In this document: in pieces, positions 27,009 to 38,940 of the stretch
Layout of the letters: every line of letters starts with the position of its first letter
Position numbering within the stretch: the first letter of the stretch is position 1
The notes under the pieces: model-generated
The model's input: only the letters and a program-made list of their open reading frames with translations
What the model was told of the DNA's origin: nothing
The model's database searches: none
Made by a program: the position numbers and the translations under genes
Assembly (NCBI GenBank): GCA_004297725.1
Contig: SCUS01000054.1
Location: 7,731-71,730 of the forward strand
Origin: Myxococcaceae bacterium
GTDB lineage: Bacteria > Myxococcota_A > Polyangia > Polyangiales > Ga0077539
DNA: 64,000 nt
Direction: 5' to 3'

Positions 27009-27082
27009 GGGGTCGCGCGGGCCTTGTGGGCGTGCTCCGCCGGTGCCAGATTCGCACCGCGCGGGGCGCAGAGGAGTTTCCC

Positions 27083-27535
27083 ATGAGCGAGAGCGAGATG
27101 GCCGACCGCATCGATGTGATCACCGACCTCCTGATGGGGGCCGCGTACTCCGACGGGTCGCTCGAAGGCCGCGAGGAGGCCACCGTGCGCCGGCTCCTCG
27201 GAGAGCTGCTCGACGGGGCGCTGCCGGCGGCGACGGACGCGCGCATCGCGAAGTTCTCCCCGGAGGGCTTCGACCTGGAGGAGACCGCGGCGCCCTTCCG
27301 CGACGACAGCCCCGAGCGCAAGCGCAAGCTCCTCGAGCTGGTGGTCGCGGTGCGCGACGCCGATGACGTCTTCGACACCGACGAGGACGACTACATGACC
27401 GCGCTGGCCCGGGCGCTCGGCATGAAGCCCGAGGAGTACGCCGACCTCGCGCTGCAGATCGAGGAGCTGCGCAGCTCGCTCGACGAGGTGCGGCGCTCGA
27501 TGCCGCCGGTGCTGCTCACGGCGCGCAAGAGCTGA
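27083..27535 (+). CDS. TerB-family protein
   Basis: LMGAAYSDGSLEGRE and VRDADDVFDTDE..ALARALG paired motifs; GAGGAG upstream of ATG 27083. Confidence 0.8.
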   Translation: MSESEMADRIDVITDLLMGAAYSDGSLEGREEATVRRLLGELLDGALPAATDARIAKFSPEGFDLEETAAPFRDDSPERKRKLLELVVAVRDADDVFDTDEDDYMTALARALGMKPEEYADLALQIEELRSSLDEVRRSMPPVLLTARKS

Positions 27536-27554
27536 GAGGGTAAGGGCGCCCCGC

Positions 27555-27878
27555 TCAGTGGATGCGGTGGGGGTAGGCCGCCACCACGTCGCGGGCCGGG
27601 CGCTCGATGCGCTCGACCACGGAGGTGACCAGGTCGCGCTCGCCGCGGCGGAAGTACACCGAGTGGCCGATCTGAGGGTGCTCGAGGGTGGGGATGATCC
27701 CGCCCTCGACGTGCTTGAGCGCGCCGGCGAGGCGGCGGCCCACGGCGGGGTGGTCGTCGCGCCAGCGGTCGACGCCGCGGTCTCTCACGGCCACGCAGAC
27801 CTCGGCGCGGACGTGATACTCGGTGTTGCGCGTCACGAACACCCGGTGCACCCGCCGCTCTGAACCTTCGTACGACAT
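27555..27878 (-). CDS. Conserved hypothetical protein
   Basis: RVFVTRNTEYH...CVAVRDR pattern; AGGAGG upstream; good codon bias. Confidence 0.75.
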   Translation of the reverse strand: MSYEGSERRVHRVFVTRNTEYHVRAEVCVAVRDRGVDRWRDDHPAVGRRLAGALKHVEGGIIPTLEHPQIGHSVYFRRGERDLVTSVVERIERPARDVVAAYPHRIH

Positions 27879-27947
27879 CGTCGGCCTCCTGCGAGCCGCA
27901 GCCGTACGCCCGACGGGTTCGACCCGTCCAGAAACCCGATGGACCGG

Positions 27948-28850
27948 TCAGTGGTCGTCGATGGGGCCGTTCTCCTCGGGCGCGGCGCGCGGCGCGTCCT
28001 CCTGTCCCGCCTCGCCCTCCGGCGTGAGCAGGGCGAGCGCCCACCGCTCGGTGCTCGAGCTCTCGTGCAGGAACATCGTCGCCCTCGCCCGGATGCCGTC
28101 GAGGGCGCGGTCGGCCGCGCGAAGCTCCGCCGCCAGCGCCGGGGGAGCTCCCGCGGAGATGCCCGGGTAGAGCGAGCGCAGCTCGTTGGCGAGCGCCACC
28201 GAGCGCTCGAAGATCATCGCCTGCGCCGCCGAGCGCCGCAGCACCCGCACGAGCTGCGCGAGCACCGCCGGGCCGTCGGCCCCCTGGGTGCCCTCGATCG
28301 CGCCGGGCTCGCAGCGCGGCTCCGGGGGCGGCGCGGCGGAGGTGGCCGTCCGCGGCGGAGGGAGCGTCCCGGAGGGCGTCGTCCTCACCACCCTCAGCGT
28401 CTCCTCCAGCGCGACCAGCACGTCGTCCTGCGGGGTGTCGCCGGTCGCCCGCGCGGAGGTCTCGATCCATCGGGCGAGGGCCGCCTCGGACTCCAGCGAG
28501 CGCCGCAGCCGGGTGGGCGCCCGCCCGATGCCGGTGTGGCTCAGCCTCGCCTGGGCCACCTCCCCGACGCGCGCCAGGGAGCCCTCCGCCGGGATGCAGA
28601 GCATCACCTGCAGCGGGCGGAGCACCTCGATGCGCCGCAGGTCGGCCGTCGCCAGCTCCCGCTGCAGCGAGTACAGCGTGGCGAACCACCGGGTGCGCGC
28701 CTCGCTGTCGGCCACCACGCGCTGCTCCCGGTCGACCCTCGTGGCGCGCTGCGGGCGGCCCGACGCGCAGGCCGTGAGCGCCGCCAGCAGGAGACCCAGG
28801 GGCAGGCCTCGGCCGCTCAACGGTCGACACTCCGGGACAAGAAAATACAA
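27948..28850 (-). CDS. Hypothetical lipoprotein
   Basis: LLLAALTAC lipobox near the N-terminus; start uncertain. Confidence 0.55.
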   Translation of the reverse strand: MYFLVPECRPLSGRGLPLGLLLAALTACASGRPQRATRVDREQRVVADSEARTRWFATLYSLQRELATADLRRIEVLRPLQVMLCIPAEGSLARVGEVAQARLSHTGIGRAPTRLRRSLESEAALARWIETSARATGDTPQDDVLVALEETLRVVRTTPSGTLPPPRTATSAAPPPEPRCEPGAIEGTQGADGPAVLAQLVRVLRRSAAQAMIFERSVALANELRSLYPGISAGAPPALAAELRAADRALDGIRARATMFLHESSSTERWALALLTPEGEAGQEDAPRAAPEENGPIDDH

Positions 28851-28972
28851 GTCGGCGACAACTTCACGGGGCTCAAAACGCTATCACCACAGCGGTTTCC
28901 ACGCGGTGCCGAAAACGTGAGGCAACGCCGCATGAGGCGCTACTCACGACCTCGTCGAAGCACGGAGCGTTC

Positions 28973-30526
<1,554 letters not shown>

Positions 30527-30621
30527 ACGCCCCTCCTGTCTCCTCCTTCACCATCCCTCCCGCAGCGCACCGTCTGGTGTAGGGTGCCTCGCCCCTAAGG
30601 TCGGGCACCTCGACACCCTCC

Positions 30622-32130
30622 ATGGACCTCCGCCGCCTCGTCCGAAACATCTCGTCCCAGTGGCTCGCCCTCGGCGCGCAGCTGCTCATCAGCGTGCTGA
30701 TGACGCCCTTCATGGTGAAGCGGCTCGGCGACGACGGCTACGGCATCATCGCGCTGATCTCCGGCCTCGTCGGCTACTCCGGCATCCTCTATTTCGGCCT
30801 CGGCGCGGCGGTGGTGAAGTTCGTCGCGGAGCACCACGCCAAGGAGAACTACGACGAGCTCAACGCCACCTGCTCGACGATCTTCGGGGTCTACCTGGCC
30901 TTCGGAGCGCTCTGCTTCGCGTTCGCGCTCGCGCTCCTCGGCCCGCTGCCCTGGCTCTTCAAGATCCCCGCGCAGCACGCCAACGACGCGAGGATCATGC
31001 TGCTGATGATGGGCGTCGGGCTGCTGGTGCAGTTTCCGGGCAGCGTCTACGGCGGCATCCTGATGGGCCTCGAGCGCTTCGACGTGATGAACAAGTACAA
31101 CTTCGTACTGCTCATCCTGCGTAGCGCCGCGGTCTTCACGGTGCTGCTCGCGCGGCCGACGGTGGTGCTCGTGGGGGCCGTCACCATGGCCTCGCTCATC
31201 GCCGAGCAGGTGTTCGCGTACGTCTACGCCCGTCGCACGCTCCCGCGGCTGCAGCTCTCCCTCGCGCGCTTCGAGCGCCCGCGGCTCAAGGTGCTCTTCA
31301 CCTTCTCGGCGCAGTCCTTCCTGTTCACGCTCTCCGAGAAGCTGATCAATTACACCGACGAGTTCGTCATCTCGCAGGCGCGAGGCCCCGGCGCGGTCAC
31401 CCTCTACGTGATCCCGCTGCGGCTCGTCGACTACGCCCGCGACGCGCTCGACAAGGCCACGCTGGTGCTCATGCCCGGCGTGTCGGCCACCGCGGCGCGC
31501 GGCGACCTCCAGGCGCTGCAGTCCCTCTGGCGCTTCGGCAACAAGGCCATCATGTGCCTCGTCGCCCCGGTGGCGCTGGTCTTCCTGATGTGGGGCGAGC
31601 ACGTGCTGTCGCTCTGGCTCGACCCCGTGCGCGGCCACCGGGGCATGCCCGTGCTCTTCTGGCTGGCGCTGGCGTTCATCGCGCAGGTGGCAGGGCGCGG
31701 CATCGCCCGCCCCATCTTCGAGGGCCTCGGCGAGCTCTCCACCCCGGCCCGCATCACGGTCATCGAGGGCGTCGTCAACCTGCTGATGTCCGTGGTGCTG
31801 GTGCGCCTCTGGGGCGTCGAGGGCGTGGCCTTCGCGACCTTCGTGCCCGCCGCGGTGACGGGCCTCGTGGTGATGCCGTGGTTCGTCTGCCGGCGCCTCG
31901 AGACCTCCTACCTGAAGCACCTCGTCAACACCTTCCTGAGGACGCTGCCGCCGCTCGCGCCCTGCGCCGGGCTGCTGCTGGCGGCCGAGCGCTATGGCCT
32001 CCACCGCCGGGTGCTCCCCATGGGCGCGACCTGCCTCGCGGTGCTGGTCACCTACCTGTTCTTCGCGTGGTGGATCACCTTCAAGGCCGAGGACCGGCGG
32101 GTGATCAAGGCGCGGATGGGACGGGGCTGA
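30622..32130 (+). CDS. Wzx-like oligosaccharide flippase (MOP superfamily)
   Basis: Multi-TM protein with LVRNISS..LG.DGYG and GVEGVAFAT patterns; follows the GT2 gene. Confidence 0.85.
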   Translation: MDLRRLVRNISSQWLALGAQLLISVLMTPFMVKRLGDDGYGIIALISGLVGYSGILYFGLGAAVVKFVAEHHAKENYDELNATCSTIFGVYLAFGALCFAFALALLGPLPWLFKIPAQHANDARIMLLMMGVGLLVQFPGSVYGGILMGLERFDVMNKYNFVLLILRSAAVFTVLLARPTVVLVGAVTMASLIAEQVFAYVYARRTLPRLQLSLARFERPRLKVLFTFSAQSFLFTLSEKLINYTDEFVISQARGPGAVTLYVIPLRLVDYARDALDKATLVLMPGVSATAARGDLQALQSLWRFGNKAIMCLVAPVALVFLMWGEHVLSLWLDPVRGHRGMPVLFWLALAFIAQVAGRGIARPIFEGLGELSTPARITVIEGVVNLLMSVVLVRLWGVEGVAFATFVPAAVTGLVVMPWFVCRRLETSYLKHLVNTFLRTLPPLAPCAGLLLAAERYGLHRRVLPMGATCLAVLVTYLFFAWWITFKAEDRRVIKARMGRG

Positions 32131-33436
32131 GCACCGCGCGCAGCCCGCTCGCGTACTCCGGCGGGATCTTCTCCCACTGGTACGAGAGGTCCTGCTTCGG
32201 GAGCTTCGTGTCGTAGTCGCGCACGAGGCGCACCATGAAGGCCTTCATCAGCAGCGTGGAGAAGTCCACGCCGGCGCACTTGTGGCCCTTCAAGGGCTCG
32301 CCGACGCCCTGAGGGAAGAAGCCCGTGGGGTGCTTCTGGTCCTCCGCGCGGCCTTCGGCGAAGCGGTCGGGGTCGAAGCGCTCGGGGTCGGCGAAGAGCT
32401 CGGGGTCGTTGCCGCTCGCGAAGTTGCAGAGCATCACCATCCACCCCGCGGGGACGGTCTTCCCCTCCAGGGTGAACTCGCTCTTCGCCTTGCCGAAGCT
32501 CACCGCCACGAAGGGCGCCCGGCGCTTCATCTCCCGGGTGATGTTCTCCAGCAGGGGCATCCGGTGCAGCGCCTCGACGGTGATCGGACCCGCGCCGACG
32601 TGCTCCGCGATCTCCGCCCGGAGGCGCTCCCGGAGCTTGTCGTCCTGGGCGAGGGCGACCAGCCCGTGGGCCATGTGCGCGAAGGTGATGTAGCCCGCGA
32701 GGTTGAAGTGGTGCAGCTCCTTGATGGCGTCCTCGCCGGCGATGCGGGTGCCGTCCTCCGCGGGCGTCGCCAGCATCCGGGAGAGCCCGTCGTCCGTGGG
32801 CTTCGCCACGCGCTCGGCCAGCACCCTGCGGTAGCGCTCGAAGATGCGCCCCTGCGCCGCCTTGGCCTTCGCGAAGGCCGTCCCGGGAATCGGCACCGGG
32901 ATCGCCGTGAAGGCCTTCACCATCACCTTGAAGTCCGCGACGTTCTCCTCGAACTCCTTGCCCCCCTCGGAGCCCACCATGGTGCGGGCGATCACCTCCA
33001 GCGCGAGCTTCTTCAGATCCTCCGTGAGGGTGCTCTCGCCCGCGGCGGACCAGCGCTCCAGGTAGCGCGCCACCACCGAGTCCATCACCGGCAGGTACTG
33101 CGTGAGCGCCTCCCGGGTGAAGGCCCCCATCACCTGCTGCTTGCGCTGCCGGTGAGGCTCCCCGTCGAGCAGCGGCAGGCTGGTGCCACCGAAGAGGTCG
33201 GCGATGTGCGGCGCCATCCCTCCGCTGCGCTGCACCTTGGACTCGTCGTTGAAGATCCGCGCCCCCTCCGCGCCGACCAGCAGCGCCGTGTCCTTGAAGA
33301 GGATGTTGCTGCGAAACACCTTGCCGTAGCGCGCCTGGTGCGCGTCGACGAAATGAAACTGGTCCTTGAGGAAGTCCAGGGTCTCGCCCAGCAGGGGAAG
33401 GCCCCGATCGCCCGGTGGAAGCGTCGTCTCGCTCAT
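32105..33436 (-). CDS. Cytochrome P450 (atypical)
   Basis: PPGDRGLPLLGET, EMKR (ExxR), DPERFDPDRF and heme loop PQGVGEPLKGHKCAG. Confidence 0.9.
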   Translation of the reverse strand: MSETTLPPGDRGLPLLGETLDFLKDQFHFVDAHQARYGKVFRSNILFKDTALLVGAEGARIFNDESKVQRSGGMAPHIADLFGGTSLPLLDGEPHRQRKQQVMGAFTREALTQYLPVMDSVVARYLERWSAAGESTLTEDLKKLALEVIARTMVGSEGGKEFEENVADFKVMVKAFTAIPVPIPGTAFAKAKAAQGRIFERYRRVLAERVAKPTDDGLSRMLATPAEDGTRIAGEDAIKELHHFNLAGYITFAHMAHGLVALAQDDKLRERLRAEIAEHVGAGPITVEALHRMPLLENITREMKRRAPFVAVSFGKAKSEFTLEGKTVPAGWMVMLCNFASGNDPELFADPERFDPDRFAEGRAEDQKHPTGFFPQGVGEPLKGHKCAGVDFSTLLMKAFMVRLVRDYDTKLPKQDLSYQWEKIPPEYASGLRAVLSPVPSAP

Positions 33437-33528
33437 TGGTTCTCTGTGTCCCTCTCGCGCCGGAGGATCGTCCCCTGAGGCCCCGCTGGGAAGCCCCTCC
33501 GTCGCCGCTTCCCGTACCATCGCGCGCC

Positions 33529-34845
33529 GTGGAGACCTCCCTCGACCCGACCTCCCTGGCCCCGCTCCTCGCACGCCCCGCTTCCCCGGAGGAGGCGCCG
33601 CCCTGGTCGCCGGTGCACACCGTCTACGGCGGCGCCCAGCGCTTCAGCCACGACGTGGTGGCCCGCGTCGGACGCAACGCCCTGGCGCTGCTCGACACCC
33701 TCGCGGGCTCGCTCGACGAGCTTCGCTCGCTGCCCTTCGGCCTCGACGAGCCCCTCGACGACGCCGCGCTCGACCGCATCCACCGGGGGCTGCGGGACAA
33801 GCTCACCCGGGAGCCCGTGGAGGACTACCGCGTCGACTTCGAGGACGGCTTCGGCCCACGCTCCGACGCCGACGAGGACCGCGCCGTGGTCGAGGCCGCG
33901 ACGGCGATGGCCCGCGCCCGCCTGGAGGGGACGCTTCCGAAGGGCATCGGACTGAGGGTGAAGGCCCTCTCGGGCGAGACCGCGGGGCGCTCGGCGCGCA
34001 CCCTCGACGGCTTCCTGACGACGCTGGCGAGGGCCAACGGTGGAGCCCCCATCGAGGGCATGGTGGCGACGCTGCCCAAGGTGACGGAGCGCTCCGAGGT
34101 GGCCGCGCTGGCGGAGCTGCTCGGTCGCCTCGAGCGGGCGCTTGGCTGGGCCGAAGGCTCCGTGGGCGTGGAGCTGATGGTGGAGACGCCGCGCTCGCTG
34201 CTGGGCGCCGACGGCGCCGTGGCCTTACCGGGTCTGGTAAGCGCCGCGGGCGGTCGCTGCCGCGCGGTGCACCTTGGCGCGTGGGACCTCACCGCCGCGA
34301 TGGGCGTCGGCGCCGCGCACCAGTCGCTGCTGCACCCCTACTGCGACGCGGCGAGGGCGCTGATGCTGCTCTCGCTCTCGGGCACCGGGGTGCGCGTGGT
34401 GGACGGCGCGACCAACGTGATGCCCGTGGAGCCGCATCGGGGCTCAGAGCTCACGGCGGAGCAGCGGGCGGAGAACCGTACCGCGGTGGTGGGCGCTCTC
34501 TCGGTGATGACGAGGCACTGGAAGCACTCGACCCTGATGGGCGTGCACCAGGGCTGGGACCTCCACCCGGGGCAGGTGATGTGGCGGCACGCGCTGGTGA
34601 TCGCCCACGCGAGAGCGGCCTTCCCGGCGACGGCGCGGAGGCTCAAGGCCTTCATCGGGCAGGCAGCGCAGGCGGTGCGGGCGGGGGCGGTCTTCGACGA
34701 CGCGGCGACGGGGCAGGGGATGCTGGGCGACGTGCTGCGCGCGGTGGACTCCGGGGCGGTCTCGGAGGCGGAGGCCGCGGAGGCCGTCGGGGTGGCGCTG
34801 GGCTCGCTGAGGACGCGGTCGTTCGCGGCCATCGTGGGGCGCTGA
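33529..34845 (+). CDS. HpcH/HpaI aldolase or citrate-lyase-like TIM-barrel protein
   Basis: PVHTVYGGA, EPVEDYRVDFEDGFG, TLPKV, ELMVET, DGATNVMP and QGWDLHPGQ motifs; start approximate (GTG 33529). Confidence 0.8.
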   Translation: METSLDPTSLAPLLARPASPEEAPPWSPVHTVYGGAQRFSHDVVARVGRNALALLDTLAGSLDELRSLPFGLDEPLDDAALDRIHRGLRDKLTREPVEDYRVDFEDGFGPRSDADEDRAVVEAATAMARARLEGTLPKGIGLRVKALSGETAGRSARTLDGFLTTLARANGGAPIEGMVATLPKVTERSEVAALAELLGRLERALGWAEGSVGVELMVETPRSLLGADGAVALPGLVSAAGGRCRAVHLGAWDLTAAMGVGAAHQSLLHPYCDAARALMLLSLSGTGVRVVDGATNVMPVEPHRGSELTAEQRAENRTAVVGALSVMTRHWKHSTLMGVHQGWDLHPGQVMWRHALVIAHARAAFPATARRLKAFIGQAAQAVRAGAVFDDAATGQGMLGDVLRAVDSGAVSEAEAAEAVGVALGSLRTRSFAAIVGR

Positions 34846-34853
34846 GGGAGCGT

Positions 34854-36029
34854 TCAGATCCCCTCGATGCGCACCGGCCCGGAGCGCTCGGTGCCCGGTC
34901 GCGCGAGCTGCCCGAAGCCCCCAGTGCCCCAGCAGTAGACCGCGCCGTCGTCCTGGAGCGCGCAGAGGTGGTACCAGCCGCCCGTCACCCGGCGCGCCCG
35001 CCGGATGCCCGCCACGGGTCGCGGCCTCCCGTCGCTGATGGTGCCGCCGTCGGACTCCAGCGAGAAGTCCGAGCCCCAGAGGACGACCTCTCCCCCGCGG
35101 CGGATCGCCGCCCCGGTGATGTACCCCGCGAACACCGACGTGACCTCGGTGAGGTCGCCCACGCGCGTCGCCGCCTTGGTCGACTCGCCCGCGCCTCGCG
35201 AGGCGTTCCAGCCCCAGCAGTGGGGCGCCCCCTCGACGAGCGCGCACCCGGTGTTCAGCCCGACGGAGATGCTCTGCGCGGCGCCGATCCCGAGGACCCT
35301 CACCGGGATGGCGCTGCAGTCCTCGTCCGGGCCCGTGTCGGGGCAGGCGTGGCGGCCGACGCCGTCGCCCAGGGCGCCGTGGAAGTTGCGCCCCCAGCAG
35401 TACACCGCGCCGTCGGCGGAGCGGGCGCAGGTGTTCGACTCCCCCGCGGAGATCTCCTCCACCGGAGGCAGACCGACCACCGGCACCGGAGCCTCGTAGG
35501 GCTGGAAGTCCCCGGCGCCGAGCTGGCCCCCGCGGTTGTCGCCCCAGCAGAGCACCGCCCGATCGACCGTGAGGACGCAGGTGTGGGCGCTCCCCATCGC
35601 GACGTCGCGGGCCCTCGCCGGCAGCGGTCGAGCGACGGCCCTCGGTCGACCCACGGCGCCCGCCGCGTTGGTGGACCAGCACGACACCTCGCCGCTCCCG
35701 CGCACCGCGCAGCCCTGCGCCGGCGCGTCGGGCTGCACCGCGATGCGCACGGCGTCCGTCAGCTCGGCGACCTCCGCGATGGTCCCCGGCGGAGGCGCCG
35801 TCGGATCATTGCCGCGGCCGTACTGCCCCCAGCAGCGCACCCGCCCGTCCGATCGCAGGGCGCAGGTGTTGGGGCCCGCGGCCACGAGGTCCACGATCGG
35901 CGGCGGACCCGCGTCGGCGCCGCTGTCCGAGGAGCCTCCCTGGGTGGCGCTCACGGTGACCGCGCAGCCCGAGGCCACGCCGAGCAGCGCCACGACCCAC
36001 GAGCCAGACCAGTGCCTTCGAGACGACAT
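34854..36029 (-). CDS. RCC1-repeat beta-propeller lipoprotein
   Basis: Lipobox ASGC; repeated G..HTC.L..DG.V.CWG.N..GQLG units. Confidence 0.88.
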   Translation of the reverse strand: MSSRRHWSGSWVVALLGVASGCAVTVSATQGGSSDSGADAGPPPIVDLVAAGPNTCALRSDGRVRCWGQYGRGNDPTAPPPGTIAEVAELTDAVRIAVQPDAPAQGCAVRGSGEVSCWSTNAAGAVGRPRAVARPLPARARDVAMGSAHTCVLTVDRAVLCWGDNRGGQLGAGDFQPYEAPVPVVGLPPVEEISAGESNTCARSADGAVYCWGRNFHGALGDGVGRHACPDTGPDEDCSAIPVRVLGIGAAQSISVGLNTGCALVEGAPHCWGWNASRGAGESTKAATRVGDLTEVTSVFAGYITGAAIRRGGEVVLWGSDFSLESDGGTISDGRPRPVAGIRRARRVTGGWYHLCALQDDGAVYCWGTGGFGQLARPGTERSGPVRIEGI

Positions 36030-36151
36030 GGCCCGGGACTGTGCCTCCAATGGGGGCGGGGAGGTCAATCGGGGCCTCGGGGCAGGGCTCGAGTCCCGCG
36101 CCAAGGGCGTTGACGCTGGGCGGCGCTGTGGAAGACCCTCCGCGCCGCTCT

Positions 36152-37339
36152 ATGCGCCCCAACCCTCGCGGAAACCTGTTGGATCGGACGGCCTCGGAGA
36201 TCGAGGCGACCACCTTTGCGAAGACCTACGCGCTCGTTCGGGTGACCGGCGACGACGCCTCCGACCCGCGGCTGCGAGGGATGAAGCGCGTGGCGTGGAA
36301 GGCGCAGCTCCTCGGCGACGCCGCGGAGCTCGAGGCCCTCTTCAGCGACGACGAGCACAGCGAGGTGGTCAACCTCTGGATCGACCGCCGCGCCCTGCAG
36401 GACCGCACGCTGGCGGCCGGGGCGATGCAGGCCTACGCGCGCTTCCTCTCCGACGCGGCGGGCGCTCCCACCGCGGACGACCAGAAGACCCTCGGCAACG
36501 CGCTCGCGGTGTCCTACGACCAGACGCGCACCTTCGCGGCGGTGCTGGAGGCCCTGCCGTGGATCCCGCGCGACGGGGCGGGGGCGGCGACGGAGGTGTT
36601 CCTGGGCAAGCGCATGGAGGCGACGGCGACCTTCGCCAGGAAGACCGCGACGCTGGTGGTGCGCAACGAGGAGGGCGGACGGCGGCTGCACATCGGCGTG
36701 GCCACGCAGCGCGCGGTCTTCGACCTGGGGCAATTGTTGTTCAGCGCCCCGGTGGGCTTCGCCAAGGGTGACCGCGCGGGCGTGGCCGGGTGGAAGACGC
36801 AGGAGATCGAGGCGACGCCCTTCGGACGGCGCTTCTCGCTGGAGCTCGACCGCTCGGGCAAGCCCGTGGGGCGCATCGCCCGGCGGCACTTCGGCTTCGC
36901 GCGCATCGCCCGCACCGCGAAGGTCGAGCTGCTCATCGAGCCGACGCGCGGCATGGTCGGCGTGCTGCTGAAGATCGACCCCGACTGGGTCGAGTCGTCG
37001 GAGAACAACTACTTCGCGGCGCTCGAGCTGCTCACGGCCTTCGTCGCGGAGGGCCTCGGCGACGCGCCCGACGCCCGCAGCCGGGTGGAGATCGGCGACC
37101 TGTTCTCCTGCGCCCCGGGCGACGATGAGCTCTTCAACGCCATCAAGAAGGAGCTGCCCTTCATCCTCAAGGGGAAGAACGGCGCGGCGACGGCGGTGTT
37201 CCTGGGCGAGGAGGACCAGGCCGAGGCCTCGCTCGACGAGGGTCAGGTGCTGGTGCGGCTGATGGAGGGCGCCGACGGCTGGCTGGAGTGCGCCTTCCTG
37301 CTCACCGAGTACCTGGAAGCGATCGACGCCGTGGTGTGA
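36152..37339 (+). CDS. Hypothetical protein
   Basis: Long ORF with strong host codon bias; no motif recognised. Confidence 0.75.
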   Translation: MRPNPRGNLLDRTASEIEATTFAKTYALVRVTGDDASDPRLRGMKRVAWKAQLLGDAAELEALFSDDEHSEVVNLWIDRRALQDRTLAAGAMQAYARFLSDAAGAPTADDQKTLGNALAVSYDQTRTFAAVLEALPWIPRDGAGAATEVFLGKRMEATATFARKTATLVVRNEEGGRRLHIGVATQRAVFDLGQLLFSAPVGFAKGDRAGVAGWKTQEIEATPFGRRFSLELDRSGKPVGRIARRHFGFARIARTAKVELLIEPTRGMVGVLLKIDPDWVESSENNYFAALELLTAFVAEGLGDAPDARSRVEIGDLFSCAPGDDELFNAIKKELPFILKGKNGAATAVFLGEEDQAEASLDEGQVLVRLMEGADGWLECAFLLTEYLEAIDAVV

Positions 37340-37346
37340 CCGTCGC

Positions 37347-37928
37347 TCAGCCGGGCAGGTCGCGCACCAGCTTGGAGAGCGGTCGGAAGTGGAGGTTCCT
37401 GGCGTCGCCGAGGAGGTCGAAGACCGCCGTCTCGGTGGTGGTCACGGTGACCCCGTGCGAGGCCAGCGCGGCGAGCGCCGTGGCCTTGCAGGCCGGGTCG
37501 CGCGAGGCCACCGCGTCGAAGGGGACGTGCGCGTGAAAGCCGCGGCCCAGCAGGTCGCGCGCGGTCATGAACACGCAGATGTGCGCCTCGGCGCCGACCA
37601 CGATGACCGAGCGGGCGCCCACGTCCATCAGGCCGTGCGCGACCTCCGTCGGCGCCAGCGCGGAGAACACCGTCTTGGAGTACACGGGCGGCCGGGGGCT
37701 CATCGACCCGAGCCGCTGCGCCAGCGAGGGCACCGTCGGGCCCAGCCCCGAGGGGTACTGCTCGGTCACGAAGACCGGCATGGCCATGCGCTGCGCGGTC
37801 TCCAGCAGCAGCTCGATGGCGCGCAGCATCCGGGCGGCGTCCGGGGCGTGGAGCGCGGGGAGCAGCTTCTCCTGCACGTCCACCACCAGCAGCGCCGTCT
37901 GCGAAGGGACCAACGTGATCGCGTCCAT
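37347..37928 (-). CDS. Isochorismatase-family hydrolase
   Basis: ALLVVDVQEKL, TEQYPSGLGPT, K.VFS and GAEAHICV motifs. Confidence 0.9.
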   Translation of the reverse strand: MDAITLVPSQTALLVVDVQEKLLPALHAPDAARMLRAIELLLETAQRMAMPVFVTEQYPSGLGPTVPSLAQRLGSMSPRPPVYSKTVFSALAPTEVAHGLMDVGARSVIVVGAEAHICVFMTARDLLGRGFHAHVPFDAVASRDPACKATALAALASHGVTVTTTETAVFDLLGDARNLHFRPLSKLVRDLPG

Positions 37929-37993
37929 GGCCCTTCATACTACAGCCGCGCCTCGTCCCCTCGACCACGCCGCGAGGCGGGCACGGCGACGCT

Positions 37994-38866
37994 TCAGGTC
38001 TGCCCGAGCGTGGCGCGCAGGCGCTCGGCCATGTGGTCGGTGAAGGCCCTCACCCTCGGCGCGTCGCAGAGCTCGGGGAGCGTCAGCACCCACAGGTCGC
38101 GGCGCGCGAAGGGATCGATCGGGCCGACGCGCACCAGCGAGGCGTCGGCGTCGCCCTCGACGCACGCGAGAAACTGCACTCCCGCCCCGGCCGCGATGAG
38201 CTCGTGCATCGCCGCGGCGCTCACGTCGACGCGCATCGCGATGGACGCTCCCGGCGCGTGCTGCGCGAGCCAGGCGTCGAGCCAGCCCACGTCGAGGCGC
38301 TCGTCCCAGTGGATCCACGGGTACGCCCCGAGCGGCGCCCCCTCGCCGACCCTCGCCGCCAGCGAGCGCGCGGCGTAGGCGGCGAACTGCATCCGGCCCA
38401 CTCGCCGGCCCACGAGCTGCTCCGGGGGCTTGTTGTTCAGCCGCAGCACCACGTCGGCCTCGCGGCGAGCGAGCGAGACCTCGTCGTCGCTCGTCGTGAC
38501 CGTGAGCGCCACGCTCGGGTAGCGCGCCGCGAAGGTCGTGAAGGCCTCTCGAAAGGCACGGAAGACCAGCTCCATGGCGGAGACCCGGAGGGCGCCCGAG
38601 AGCCGCTCGTCGCGGCCGAGCACGCGGCCTTCGAGCGACAGGGTGTCGGCCTCGATGCGCTCGGCGACGGCCACGAGGTCGGCGCCCGCCGCGGTGGGGA
38701 GAAAGCCCTCCGGGGTGGCGTCGAAGAGTCGCACGCCGAGCTCTTCGTCGAGGGAGCGCAGCCGCCGCCCGACGGTGGTGTGGCTCACCCCGAGTACCTC
38801 CGCGGCGCCGCTCAAGGTTCGCGCGCGGGCGACGGCCAGGGCGTAGCGCAGGTCGTCCCAGTTCAC
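37994..38866 (-). CDS. LysR-family transcriptional regulator
   Basis: NWDDLRY..TLSGAAEVLGVSHTTVGRRLRSL HTH; READVVLR substrate-binding domain; GTG start at 38866. Confidence 0.92.
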   Translation of the reverse strand: MNWDDLRYALAVARARTLSGAAEVLGVSHTTVGRRLRSLDEELGVRLFDATPEGFLPTAAGADLVAVAERIEADTLSLEGRVLGRDERLSGALRVSAMELVFRAFREAFTTFAARYPSVALTVTTSDDEVSLARREADVVLRLNNKPPEQLVGRRVGRMQFAAYAARSLAARVGEGAPLGAYPWIHWDERLDVGWLDAWLAQHAPGASIAMRVDVSAAAMHELIAAGAGVQFLACVEGDADASLVRVGPIDPFARRDLWVLTLPELCDAPRVRAFTDHMAERLRATLGQT

Positions 38867-38884
38867 CTGTGCATCCTCGCACAG
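38867..38884. promoter_or_regulatory. Inverted repeat, candidate LysR binding site
   Basis: CTGTGC-N6-GCACAG immediately upstream of the lysR start, in the divergent intergenic region. Confidence 0.45.
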
Positions 38885-38940
38885 AGGTCGCACGAATTCG
38901 TGGGTTTCCTGGTCTCCGCCGCGCCCCCACGCTCAGCCCC

